Shown here one piece after another: positions 1 to 12,429 of a stretch of DNA of 64,000 nucleotides; position 1 is the stretch's first letter; each line of letters opens with the position of its first letter. The DNA comes from Trichoplax sp. H2 (taxonomy: Eukaryota), in NCBI GenBank assembly GCA_003344405.1, contig NOWV01000001.1, forward strand, positions 1,240,001-1,304,000, in the 5' to 3' direction. The translations under genes and the position numbers were made by a program. The notes beneath the pieces were generated by a model, which worked only from the letters and a program-made list of their open reading frames with translations, did no database searches and was not told the origin of the DNA.

Positions 1-3000
1 TTGCACTATTGAATTACCTAAGTTTGAACTCACAAGTTGCTATCCAGTGACTTTAGAAAGTACAAGATGATTAAGCAAATATGTCACTGTTAAGTTATCC
101 AACCGATAATAATAACAATATTTTGAGTTATATAAATCACAGATATCCATCTACTTGAACAATTCATGAAAGAGCAATCTTTACAGTAAAATTTTACGCA
201 CTATCAAGAGCAGTAAATATCAACTAGTGAAAGGATCTGCATTCGTGGAAAAGTATTTTTAGAAATACAGTATTCGGTAAATTGACAGCCTATGCCAGAC
301 TCTTATCATATGCGCCTATTACTATGCGGTAAATACTGTATGTAATCTATCTCCAAGTAATTATCTTAATCTTTAACTTATTCTAACTGTATACTAGGAA
401 GAACCACACAGAACTGCTATTTAAATATTTTTTATAAATAAATGAGACAGGAAAATGAAATATCTAACTTCTTCAAAATTTAAAGAATTGACTTGCACCA
501 TTACAAGATGATGGTAACAGATCAAATATAGCTTAGCATGAAGCGATAACAATAATACTTGTACTTAACACTACCGGTATATTCTTAATGATTCGCAATT
601 TATGGGTATAAGGCTAGGTTCAAGGTTTGATTAATGCTATAAAAGCTTTGAATTTTAGGTCTCCAATAACTATGATCTTAATGCGTACCGGATATCTCAA
701 TCAATTCAGTCACGCTGTTATAAGATTAAGACGACTTATCATTTATTTATCAGGATTTTGATATCATTAGCCAGTAAAACCTTAGGAATATAAGAAATGT
801 TTATGGTTGGTGAAATGTGTGCATAAAACTATTCTATCCGGCTATATATAGCATAGTTGTACAGTAGTATAGTCATTAGCTTTTATCTATTTTAACCAAA
901 TCTCGTTGAGGAATTTCGTCCATGAGTAATTTCATTGTGTTCAATGTTACTCGAAATTGTGATCTTCATTAGGATATTTAATTATAAAGTCATGATAGCA
1001 TACTGATTTGTAGCATTTAGCTTATAATTCCTGAAATATCTTAACTGATACCAGGACCATTTATACATATTACAATTGCGCTCGATATTAGTACTCTAAG
1101 AGTATCATTCAAGGGCAACTTCCAATCCTATAAATCTACGTGCTTCGATTGATGAGCTGAAATAATTTAGAGTAAACTTGCTATTAAAAACCATTATGGT
1201 CAATTTTTTAAGAGTATATTATTCTTTCATTTTAAAATTACTGAATTAAATAATAATAACCTGTAGAATATTTTATCTAAGATTTACAGGATTAAAATAA
1301 GTAGCTAGCGTAAACCAGAAGTTCCTTAAATTTGCTATGCTATGTTACTAAACAATAGCAAACTAGGAAATATAAATACCAATTCAATAAGCAACGTTCT
1401 ATATAATTTCAAGGTTAGTTTGCTAGGCTTTGTTTTGATATTAATTAAATAATTTTCATCCAGTTTTAGCTACTTTGAGATATTGAGTTGGTTTATTCTT
1501 TGCTTGAAATTACTTTTCAATTTAAGTTAATCACCTCTAATATATAAGCGTCAATAGGATTCTTTGCATAAATTTAGTATGTTAGAAAGATAATTATCAA
1601 TAAACGATAGTATTATGGCACTGGATACGCAGATATGTTCAGAGAAGTAAATAAGAATGATATATGATCAAATTAGAACAGACTGTATCCACTATGGTGA
1701 AAATAGTAATTGATTTTATAATATGTATTACTGAATAAGTAATAACATTATGAGATTAGGTTATATTGTAATAATGCGGATATGGTCTGCTCAAGATAAT
1801 TTGTAATTTTTGGACAAACATACTTTCTATGTCATCATAGCTTTGATAAAGAGCATCACATGTATAGTGTTTGTGAATTGATGAAGACTTTCACAAAATT
1901 ATCATCATTAAAACCATGATTATATATTAGATAAAGATATAACAACTAGATGAATAGACGCCCAAGTTGGGTGCTTTTCCAATATGTTGTGATAGAGGTT
2001 AATTATAAAATCATCTCTAACCTCATTAATAAAGTATGGCATGATTAATATACGTCTTGAAAGGCATACAAGACGCGCATAGCTTGACGTAAGTAGTATT
2101 ACTGACTACCGATAAATGGTAATTATAAACGAATATAAATATATTCATACAAAAACATATTTATATATACGCATATATTTAATTATATAACATGAATATT
2201 TGAGAACTGATAAATTAAATAAATGTGCCTATATTAGCGAATAATACTTTCATGATAGTGATTAGATTTACATTCAAAGCTACATGAATGTTTTACCCGA
2301 TATGATGTCATATTTTACAATTGAAATCGAATTCCGATTTATCTTCAAATAATACGCAGTTGATTAGATATTGAATGAATAAGTATAAAAGAATTGATTC
2401 TCTACTATCATAAGCGATCATACTCACAGAGGATTATATAAAAATATATTAAAACCACTGTTTCGTAAGACTATGCTGAGGTTAGGTATTGCTATCAATT
2501 CCATAAATATATTAGTAGAGTAGATGAAATTAAAATGGTTGAAGATTACTTCAGTTTCTATCGGAAACTGAAATAATCAGTGTTGATGATATATTCTATT
2601 ATTATATTCTACGGTATAGCTTTATCTTAAATATTTTATATGATATAGTGATCGAAATAGATTCCATTCCATCTATAACTGATATGATGTATAGTTTTAT
2701 TTAAAAGTCTTGAAAGGCAAAACCAATAAGTAACCCAAAGGTTATCCATTATTTCAGTCTCCTGAAGAATATGAAAATGCTTGTTAACTTAATGTCCAAA
2801 ATGTTATAAAAATGAGAAGAATTATTTATCTTGCCATATTTAGAATGTCTAGCATCTTTAGTCATTTCGTATAATACTATAAGTATATAAGTCGTTAGGG
2901 AAAGATCATAACATATGATTAAGTGGATCAAGCTATTCTGTACCAATACGTCCACAGGATGTATCATCTTATACATAGGAAGGCTTCCGCATAATTGAAA

Positions 3001-3057
3001 ATACCGGTTTATTCTTCCACATCAATTTAGTTTCCCATTTCATTCCGACACTGTAAT

Positions 3058-4095
3058 TTATCGATAAAAGCTATTATTACTACTGTAAATTGATAACAGA
3101 GTATTTAAGTCGATAGCCTTGCGTTTATGCTTTCGGCGAGACGGTGAAGGATAGAATTCCTCATTTCCGATAGGATTTCGTACGGAATGAACTTCGCTAG
3201 GCGTATGTGAACGATTCTGTTGATTGATAACGTCGTTCACGGTCGATTTAGTTTCTACTCCGGAAGCAAGACCTGGTTTGCCATCAATGTATTCCTTTCC
3301 TTTGGATGAACTTCTACTACGACCCGATAATGGTTTATAGGACGTGTCAATCTTAGGCAGTAATTCATTCCCACTCTTGACACGGCTATTCTGTTTACTA
3401 GATGAATTCCTACCTGTAGTGGATCGACGAAAACTTGATTGACGAACTAATTCAGTATTCTTTTTACCATTACTGTCTTTAGAATTGATTGATCGCTTAT
3501 TACCGCCTTGGCAGGCATGATTTTGTTCATCATACCAACGTAACCAATCGTCAACATTGTAAAACTTGATATTATCACGAATATCGACTAAAGCTAGTCC
3601 TTGATGTCGTAGTATTCGTTCACAATAACGATGGCCATGTTTGGCTGCCATCAAAATGGCAGTGAAACCATCTTTATTGCGCGTGTTAACATCCATACTA
3701 GATTGGATCATTTTCTTGACCATAGAAGCTACAATAACGGCATTACCTGATTGACAAGCTAATATTAATGGCGTATTACCATCGCTGTCAGTAACTGATA
3801 GATCAATATTAATATCGTCCAGTAAGTATAGAGCAACTTTTTCACGACCAAGAGATGCAACGTGTGCTAACGCAGTTCGACCACTACTATCTTTAGTGTT
3901 ACAATCACATTTATGCTTAAGTAATATTTGGCATATAGCTACAGCTAGATCTTCATTATTGAGTAGGGAAGCAGTAATAATTGGCGTTCGTCCATATCGT
4001 TCTTCGCGTGCGTTCAAATTAGCTCCAATCCGGGCTAGTAGCCGCAATTGATGGACTCTCCCATCGACGATAGCCTGATGAATTAATGCTGGCAT
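3058..4095 (-). CDS. Single-exon ankyrin-repeat protein (ANKRD34/ANKRD63-like), 345 aa: N-terminal ankyrin repeats plus Ser/Arg/Lys-rich tail
   Basis: Uninterrupted ORF with ankyrin motifs GRTPIITA, GRTALAHVA, GNTPLILACQSG, GFTAILMAAKHGH. The N-terminus (LIHQAIVDGRVHQLRLL) resembles the ANKRD34/63 group; orthology is not established. Confidence 0.85.
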   Translation of the reverse strand: MPALIHQAIVDGRVHQLRLLARIGANLNAREERYGRTPIITASLLNNEDLAVAICQILLKHKCDCNTKDSSGRTALAHVASLGREKVALYLLDDINIDLSVTDSDGNTPLILACQSGNAVIVASMVKKMIQSSMDVNTRNKDGFTAILMAAKHGHRYCERILRHQGLALVDIRDNIKFYNVDDWLRWYDEQNHACQGGNKRSINSKDSNGKKNTELVRQSSFRRSTTGRNSSSKQNSRVKSGNELLPKIDTSYKPLSGRSRSSSKGKEYIDGKPGLASGVETKSTVNDVINQQNRSHTPSEVHSVRNPIGNEEFYPSPSRRKHKRKAIDLNTLLSIYSSNNSFYR

Positions 4096-7000
4096 TATGC
4101 TATGAACCGCTACTATCTAATTCACCGCAACTAGTTGGTTAGTGAAATGTTTCTAAAATTTCAGTTACGATTAATGATGTCGCAATCTTTTCTCAGACAT
4201 TGGTAAATCAAGGGCTGTAGTATCATAAATAAATAATGAATTCAGTTCTAGAAAGATGCGTAGTTTAGAAGCAAATTCGATGGTGGAGATTATAATCTAA
4301 GTGGGAAATACAATAACTGGTTGAAAGATGACTGTTAAAAGACAAGAAAACTCCCTCACTTTTTCTCCGTTGTTATTGATAAAGTGAATCTATTAATATC
4401 TTCTTAAGTTTTTTTTAACCTTCACACTATTGCAGATTTTTTTATGTTAACTTAACTGGGAGGGATTGATTCGATACCTCTTGATTATCGCCCCTATGTC
4501 TTGTAAGATTTTAAAATCTTGGGCCTCTTTCTAAATCACTACCAGTACGGTAACGGATCTTGAAGAAACGACTTTAAGGTTAAATTAAATAGTGGGAATC
4601 TACTCTTCTTAAACCAACCAATTATGCTCTTCGTGATGTAGCCATGTTGTCGTTGTTATCCTTAGTAACCATTCCAGTTAATAAAGATTTACTTAAGTTT
4701 AGCTCCAATTTAACTTTGTGTTAGCAATAAAGTGAGCCAATACTTTAATCTTGATTTTAAGTCTTATAGAACTCTTGTTAGTGCCATCCAACGCCAAGAT
4801 TCAGTACATTACGCGTAAGGTTGATCGAATATCTTTCTTACAGAAAGAACTAGCGGACAAGTAAAAATATATTAATACAATATGGCTCCAATGATCCTAT
4901 TGACTTTAATCCCGACCTTACTTTACAATTGATATTAACTGGTAACACAAGTAATTAGAAGCAAAAGCCTAGCTTTAATTTCTGTGTAAGAAAGTTTTAA
5001 AAAAATTGATAATTTTAAATTAAGATCATGAACTTAACTGTAGTCTAAATTTTATTTAAGCTATCGTATCTACCCCAGGCGAAGTAAGTACTCTCTGTAT
5101 CCTTACTAAATGTTATTGCCCTATAGTTCGTCCTCTATTAGGAATAAACACTTAACGTTAGATTAATAAGTTCCTATACAGTAGTGAACGATAGTATAGT
5201 AGACCATAATCTCTTCCAAAAAACGATGGAAAAATAGGATAACGTGGCCTTTATGAATCCCTAGTGTCATTGATTGTTAAGGTAAAAAATGACATTAAGG
5301 AAATTATTATGTAGATTATTTACTTAAAAGCATGACAATGCTTGGGTACAATGCTTAAGTCATTTGATTGAGTATAATTGCAAGTTATTAATATCGTTAA
5401 TGAAGTCGGTAACAGCTAATTGTATAGGCTTAATTGAATTGTCAAGCTAGTCTACAATTGTAAGACAAAGTTATTGATCTGAGGAACATTGTTTCTCACT
5501 TATTGACAAATAAAATCTTACATTGAAGTAGTAAAGGAAAAAAATTACGTACAGGATAAGAAAAAGTTGCCCTGGTGTCATAGTCTTACCTGCTAATATT
5601 GTCTATCTTCATCCTAACACAGTAGACAAGATTTCACTCCCTTAATTGTTCAACATGGCCATGTTGTCTGTAAATAATAATTAATTTCTGCCTGTGAAAT
5701 TTTGTTTATAGCAAATTACGAGAGCGCTAATATTATCCACATATTCAACTTGACACCAACATAATGATAGAGCATTCCCTGCATTAATTACAATTTTATC
5801 AATATTGCCATACTGGCAATTAAATTTACCTATTATCATCATGCAAGAAGGAATGCATTACTTCTGATATATTAAAGTTGTTGAGTTTCTACCTCTCATG
5901 AATCTACCGGAAGTGTCGCTTTCGTAAACTCTGTTCAATGTAATTATCAATTGTGATTTAAACGACATGATAAGCGTAATCACATCAATGCTAAACAGCA
6001 TGACTACGAGTTTCGTAATTCTTAGATTGGTTAATCGGTTAATCTCAATTAGTTCATTCACCAATAAAGAGTAGTACTACATATATAAGTAAGACGCAAC
6101 TCTACTTCTTGGGGGTTGTTAAGAGGGAGTGAGGAAAAACTCAACCATGATTTACAAATTTTACAACTTCTCAGAATTGTGAAGTAAAATCTTCTATAGA
6201 TTTAAGTAACTTTAGATGGCTATTAATGAGATAATAACATACTCCTATTGTAGTATTTCTATGAACTAAATTTTAGACATACTAAGCTCAGTCTACATGT
6301 TCTGGTTTTAATTTGTAAACTAAAAACGAGTGCTGATACGTAATATCTATTCTTATGGTCTTTATTTCATCAAGTTAACTTGATGTTGGCCATTTATAAA
6401 AACGAAAGGTAAAATTTCATACTATCAAGTACAATATATCAGTTATTATAGTCTTGAATCAACACATTAACATAGCATCTGTGCTGGCACAGATCATAAA
6501 GAATGAGTAATGCTCAACAATTGGAAATTACGTAGCCGTCGCCGTCTGTCCTCAACCTAACTAAATATTATTACAGAAAGCAATGTTGTAGGACACAACA
6601 AAAATTTAACTTAATTACCGGGGAAAATGTATTTTCCATCTTATTAGATAAAAATGTACAAGCTTAATTTACTAAGGGATCATAGATAATTTCCAACAAG
6701 ACTATAGAAATTTACTAATATAAGGGCGAATTACCATAATCTAATTTGGAAAATCAGACGTCATCACAATGGCTACCAACGACACTATTCAATTTTAATC
6801 AAATCAGATATTTGTTATTCTTGCCAATGACATCATCAATCACGTAAAATGTCAATAGGATATGCTAATAGGTAGGTAGACAACAACATCAAATTTTTTC
6901 TAATAAAATTTTCTTTAGATTGTCAATTAGAAAAAATTAGTCTACTATTAGGTCTACAAAATGAAATATTTGACTGAATAAGATGTATGCTGATCTAATA

Positions 7001-9019
7001 AAATAAATAACAGTTGCATTAGCAATGAGAAAGGATCAGAGGAAGACTATTCTATAATGACGGTCGCTCTTGAAGATTGCACTGTTAACCAAGATTAATA
7101 TAAATATTTTGCAAATTGTTAGAATAGCATTGTATATAAATCAAACATTGCATTGAAGTTATAAATTTACTCACTATATATCATTAATATTGTGCTAGAG
7201 TATAAAGTTCCATATACAGCACTTTATTGAATTTATAATTTTTGCTGAATAAGGTAGAAACATTATTGCTAATCTAAATGCTTAAGTTTTCCAAAAAGAG
7301 CATGAGGCAAGGTTTATATTATGATAGTTTAGAATTGATATACGCGTATAATGAGTAGTCTTTAACGCATGTCTTATTGCGGAAGCCGTAGGCTTGAAAT
7401 TGATTAATTGTATATGTTTTTGAAGAGTTCAGTGTGAATCGTAGATTATTGAAATAAAGTAGCGATCTAAAAGGCTAACGGAAAATGGTAGATAAACTAA
7501 AAAGGCCAATTCATATTTTGAAAAGGCTATAACCTTTGATTTACGATAATTACCCTAATCGTACATATTCATGATATCAATCGTTTCATACAGCGCAAAA
7601 TTCCTTTAAAAATACCTACTATCTAAGAGTTACAAACAAGGTCTGATTAGGATCTTAACTATTAACCTACTGAATTAGCTTTGAAAAATAATTTTCATTA
7701 AGGGATTAAGTAGTTCTGTCATTATTTATAAACAAAAGGTACTTGGAATATATAAACCTTTACCGACATACAAGACAGATAATATCAAACGAATTAAAAT
7801 GTAAATTTATCTAATAGCTAATAGAATTAGGTGGTGCGATCTTGTTGACAGTTGGAAAAAATTAATAAATTATGATATTAAAATTAAGTAAATCAGAGGC
7901 GGAAGGTATGATTGGTTGATCTATTCCGAATTGATAAACAGCTTTCGGTAACTTTGAACCTGTTTATTCTACATAAGATATCGAACATGCATAGATGAAT
8001 TTTGATAAAACAAAAATAATTTTAAGTGGGTTTGTTGATCGGCGATTTAAATAGAATAAAACGGCGTAACAACATGATGGCATCATATTTTGTATCATTT
8101 CAACCAAGTCATACTAGTTTGAGATATCAATATTGATAACATCAGAATCGCCAAAATGATTATAGCAATAACAAAATAGCCATAGACTAAAATTAGATTG
8201 TGACGTTACGGTCAAACTTAACTGAAGGGTGCGAAGTTTAAATTAGTTTGTTATTTGTAAAGCAATTTCAGATGAAAATATTAAAAGTAAACATTTTGTC
8301 ATCATCAATCATCATGGAAAAAATCATACTGTTAAGCCTGGTATTTGGATAAATCATCACCAGTACAGGCACTATCGTCGTATTGGTAGATGCATCTTGC
8401 GCCATAGGGTGGGCACGTGGACGACTCACATGAGCTATGGGAAGCCAAAGCTGTGCTACATACATATATAACCATGGAAACATATCACTTAGGGACATTC
8501 TTTACTATGTCGTTATGTAATCATGCTAATAAAAGTTGATAAAACCCCTGCAAAGTAGTGATTTGGGCAGGTGCAGAATATAAATTATTTATTTTGCAGG
8601 AAAATTGATTTAGCAGGAACTGACTGATCCGATTGCCCATACTGTACGGTGTCCAGTGTGCACGATCGTGTTGTAAATGGAATCAAATTATCGAAGGCCT
8701 GATTTATCTTATTCTAGCTAATTGTTCAAGCTTTACAAATACGCGGATAGATCCCCTAGTTAAGTCTGCCTGATAGTGAGCGTTACCAAATATTTATCAA
8801 TTTACTAGTAATATGGTACCTTTACTCTTTTACTTGCGATGTTTCCGTTAATAGGTACCTATACGTAACTATACGAGAGAGAAGCTACTTTGAACATAAC
8901 CCCCATGTCCTATTTCTCTAGATTTAACTAATACAAGACGCGCTTATTATCCTTCCGTAAAAGCACCATTACCCTATTACTTATCATTTAATAGTTAATG
9001 AACCGTTATGTAATTTTTC

Positions 9020-10426
9020 AGCTAGGTTTCAATGCGGTCATAGTACTAGATTTAGAGTATCATAGCCTACTACATACCTTTATTTAGCCGTCAACCTATT
9101 CTTTGATACTTTTACACTACTGCTTTAACTCGGAATCATAAATACATCTAACTAACAGTTGATTAAAGGGAAAATACCAGGATCTTTAGTGAATCATAGT
9201 AACTAGCCAACCTATTGTCACGGTGCGAACTACCGTGAAGAAATAGATATCTAAATTTGGTTAATATAATATAGTGATATTATATTACTGTTGATAGATT
9301 ATGTTAAGTACTTGTCGTACATTTGTAATACGTACCGAACCGAACTACGTACACTGCTGTATGTTACCATTAATACGCATTCTTACTGTATTCATTATGT
9401 ATAAATAGCCCTGCCTAATTTACAATAAAGGTTTTTCTTACAAACACGTTACAATTACAACTAGTTACTTACAATAGGAATTACTCTAATTATAAATGTG
9501 TTACAGTAAATTTATTGCTGTGCTGTAATGTGAGCTGAAATGATTCTGTGAATGGACATATTGTAGTCCGACTGTGAAAAACTAGTTAGTAGATGTTCTC
9601 ACCCAAGTATTTTTATAAGATGACTTGTGAATGTTAGCTGCTGTAGAAGGGTATATAAACCCGTCAGATAGTTGAATAAAGCAGTTCTCAATTGTATAGT
9701 TGTTTTAACGTAGAATCAAAGGCGTCTAAATTCTTGTGAGTAGGGATACTGAATCCCGGAGACTATAGAGATTTAGAGATTTGTTTTACGTTATCCTTGT
9801 CACGAAGTTGGTTTGTGACACCTATACTCTGATATTTCACTGTAGATTGCTACTTCAACTCTAAATCGTGGACTACTACGTACATCTTGACGGATAATTG
9901 ATTAAAGAGTAAGATTTCAGGATCTTTAGTCAATCGTAGTAATAAACTCCTAAACCCATTCTGAGACACTTTTAGATTGCTGTTTTAACACTGAATGATA
10001 GACTACTAAACGTATGTNNNNNNNNNNNNNNNNNNNNAGCTAGGTTTCAATGCGGTCATAGTACTAGATTTAGAGTATCATAGCCTACTACATACCTTTA
10101 TTTAGCCGTCAACCTATTCTTTGATACTTTTAGACTACTGCTTTAACTCGGAATCATAAATACATCTAACTAACAATTGATTAAAGGGAAAATACCAGGA
10201 TCTTTAGTGAGTCATAGTAACTAGCCAACCTATACTCTGATATTTTCACTATAGATTGCTACTTCAACTCTAAATCGTGGACTACTACGTACATCTTGAC
10301 GGATAATTGATTAAAGAGTAAAATTTCAGGATCTTTAGTCAATCGTAGTAATAAACTCCTAAACCCATTCTGAGACACTTTTAGATTGCTGCTTTAACAC
10401 TGAATGATAGACTACTAAACGTATGT
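9020..10426. repeat. Near-identical duplicated segment spanning a 20-N gap (probably two haplotypes assembled in tandem)
   Basis: 9020-9215 plus 9826-10017 match 10038-10426 with only a few substitutions or indels (e.g. ACACTAC/AGACTAC, GAATCAT/GAGTCAT). The N run is at 10018-10037. Confidence 0.85.
9216..9820. mobile_element. 605-bp insertion, probable solo LTR, with 5-bp target-site duplication
   Basis: Starts TGTCAC (9216) and ends GTGACA (9820): TG..CA ends and a 6-bp terminal inverted repeat. Flanked by CCTAT at 9211-9215 and 9821-9825. The empty site with a single CCTAT is at 10229-10233. Internal TATA-like GGGTATATAAA (~9649) is followed by AATAAA (~9675). No coding capacity. Confidence 0.8.
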
Positions 10427-12212
10427 TAGCTAGTAATTGATGAAAGAGTTAATTCCTGGGACTAGCGAACCCTAGTAACTAGTCACTTACAATCAGCCTA
10501 TACAGTAGAGAAACAAATCTTAATTTACTCCTATCAATTCATTATTTTTGTTTAATAATAATTTATATAATATGCCAAATATACACGTATATTAACAGTT
10601 GAAATAATTCAAATTTGGTGAATATGATAGCAATACACAGCTTCAGGTAACAAACTAAGTGAATGACTCATTGAGGCAAATATGAATTAGACCAATCTTT
10701 CATGTAGGTATAATGTCGACGATAATGAAGTTCATTGATTGTATCTAAGTTTTTTCTAGAAAATTACCCCTAATTCTCCATCACTCACAATGCGAGTGAA
10801 AGAAATTTATTAAAGTGAAGATCTTTTTGAATATGCAGTACTGTACTGCAAAGTTTCCATATTTTATACCAACTACGATACAAAATAAAGCAGTATTTTT
10901 AATCTTTCCAGTAGTCACTAGTCAGTAATGCAGTTTATAATAAGTAAATTTTATTGTTACTGTACCGGATACGATGATAAAAATTTATCGTCACAAGTGT
11001 ACCTGCAAATAAAATTGCGGAGGGGGAAGGAACGCCTTCTACGATAACAATTTAAAGGTATGGTTGAGGAATCATCTTGTTCACCTATAGGAATCTAAGC
11101 GAGGTAGAATTGTATCTTATTGCTAGCCCTTTTTTCTTGATCCGCTTTAACAGTAACGATAGAGTACTTTCCAAAGCTGTTAATCAATAACTGAAGCGCA
11201 GACAATCAACGTGCAATTGCTCAGTATCTTGGAAATACGCATGTAATATTGATTATTACATTGAACTATGAAATATTGGACCTATACGACTGGCATTTAG
11301 CATCTGTCAGTTGCAATAGATCGAGAAGTATAACAATTTTTGGTATATTAGTGGCTGATTGCTATCAGTACAATTTTGGAATAAAAATGCCGGAATCGCG
11401 CATTTTAAACGAAGCATTTGCCAAAAAGTAAATAGCTTAGAATTAACATTATACGGAAATTATGCGAGAACAGTTCAACTGTTATGCTATATCGTAAGAT
11501 TGTGCAAGCATTTCTACAGCCAAAGGGCACCATCCTATTTTAATCTTATAAATTAAGATCTTCTTCTGCAGTAGCGTTGGAATAACATTCGAGGATAAGA
11601 TACAACATTGCAGTTGCACATTCTGTATGACTACACCTTATTACGAGTGCCTTCATCTTCTTATTATAGCTAATCGGCATTCATACCGGTAGCTACCTCA
11701 GCGCATAAAAGACTGCGGTTGAGAGTTCATTCTAGGTATAGACATGGTGTACAGTACAGACGACCATACAAATTGTATAAATACAAATATCACATTGATA
11801 ATCTTCAAATGCATACCATAAACAGTGAATCATTGCAGTAATATTTTCACTGCTAAAGCGTGAATTGCGCGTGCATGAGAGGGAAGAGAAGAACCTTATT
11901 TAGAACCGAAAGACGCACAGCGCGTTCCTATAACGCCACACGTCTCGGGTTATAACTTATGAGCATCCGTGAGAGCTATTAGCCACTGAGTCTCTCCTAA
12001 TTTACAATAGATATACAACTCGAAAAAAGAAGAACGTCTTTTGGGGGAGGAGGAAGAGAGAGAGCTTAAGAGTTCGAGGGAGAAAGTACAAATTATTTCT
12101 CGAGTCCTCTCATGGACTGCCAGAAGAAAATAGCCTACTTGCAGTGAGCTCTTTGATGAATGACATCTGACAGACTGGCAGACAGATGCACCGAAATGAC
12201 AGAGCTATGACT

Positions 12213-12272
12213 TACAGTACTGCAGACTATACAGTACTTTGTACACTGTCCAGTACAGTGCAGTATACTGTA
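12213..12272. promoter_or_regulatory. Cluster of CAGTAC/GTACTG/TACAGT motifs in the probable ZNG1 promoter
   Basis: Dense ACAGTACTG, ACAGTACT, CAGTACAGTG and CAGTATACTG motifs 160-220 bp upstream of the ZNG1 start. Similar clusters lie upstream of GLDC. Confidence 0.4.
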
Positions 12273-12429
12273 AAATGGGAGGAAATCGGTACGAAAATAA
12301 TCGGAGATCGTTGACTCTATAAACTTCCTTATGTTGTATCTACTGTTGCGTACACTACATATCAGCGAAGGTAGATCGAACAAGTGACGATTCAACCATC
12401 CCGTTACATCGTTATCGACATTGAATTCC

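Noticed and set aside
2544-2578. Inverted repeat GATTACTTCAGTTTC...GAAACTGAAATAATC
   Set aside because: A real hairpin, but isolated, with no target-site duplication, copies or RNA-family features to support a function.
3058-4095. Orthology of the ankyrin genes to KANK1 or ANKRD20A near human FOXD4/CBWD loci
   Set aside because: The architecture differs (no KN motif or long coiled coils) and the sequence resembles ANKRD34/63 instead.
7641-7655. CTGATTAGGA match to the U6-like stem-loop as a possible U4-like partner
   Set aside because: Only 10 nt, with no promoter, Sm site or U4 structure around it.
9324-9505. Possible nested second LTR (TGTAAT...GTTACA) inside the insertion
   Set aside because: No target-site duplication at its boundaries.
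11330-11385. Sm-site-like AATTTTTGG motifs suggesting an snRNA
   Set aside because: No U1, U2, U4, U5, U11 or U12 sequence features and no PSE-like element upstream; expected by chance in AT-rich DNA.
11678-11701. let-7-like TGAGGTAG on the minus strand
   Set aside because: Only the first 8 nt match, the rest differs from let-7, and there is no convincing pre-miRNA hairpin.
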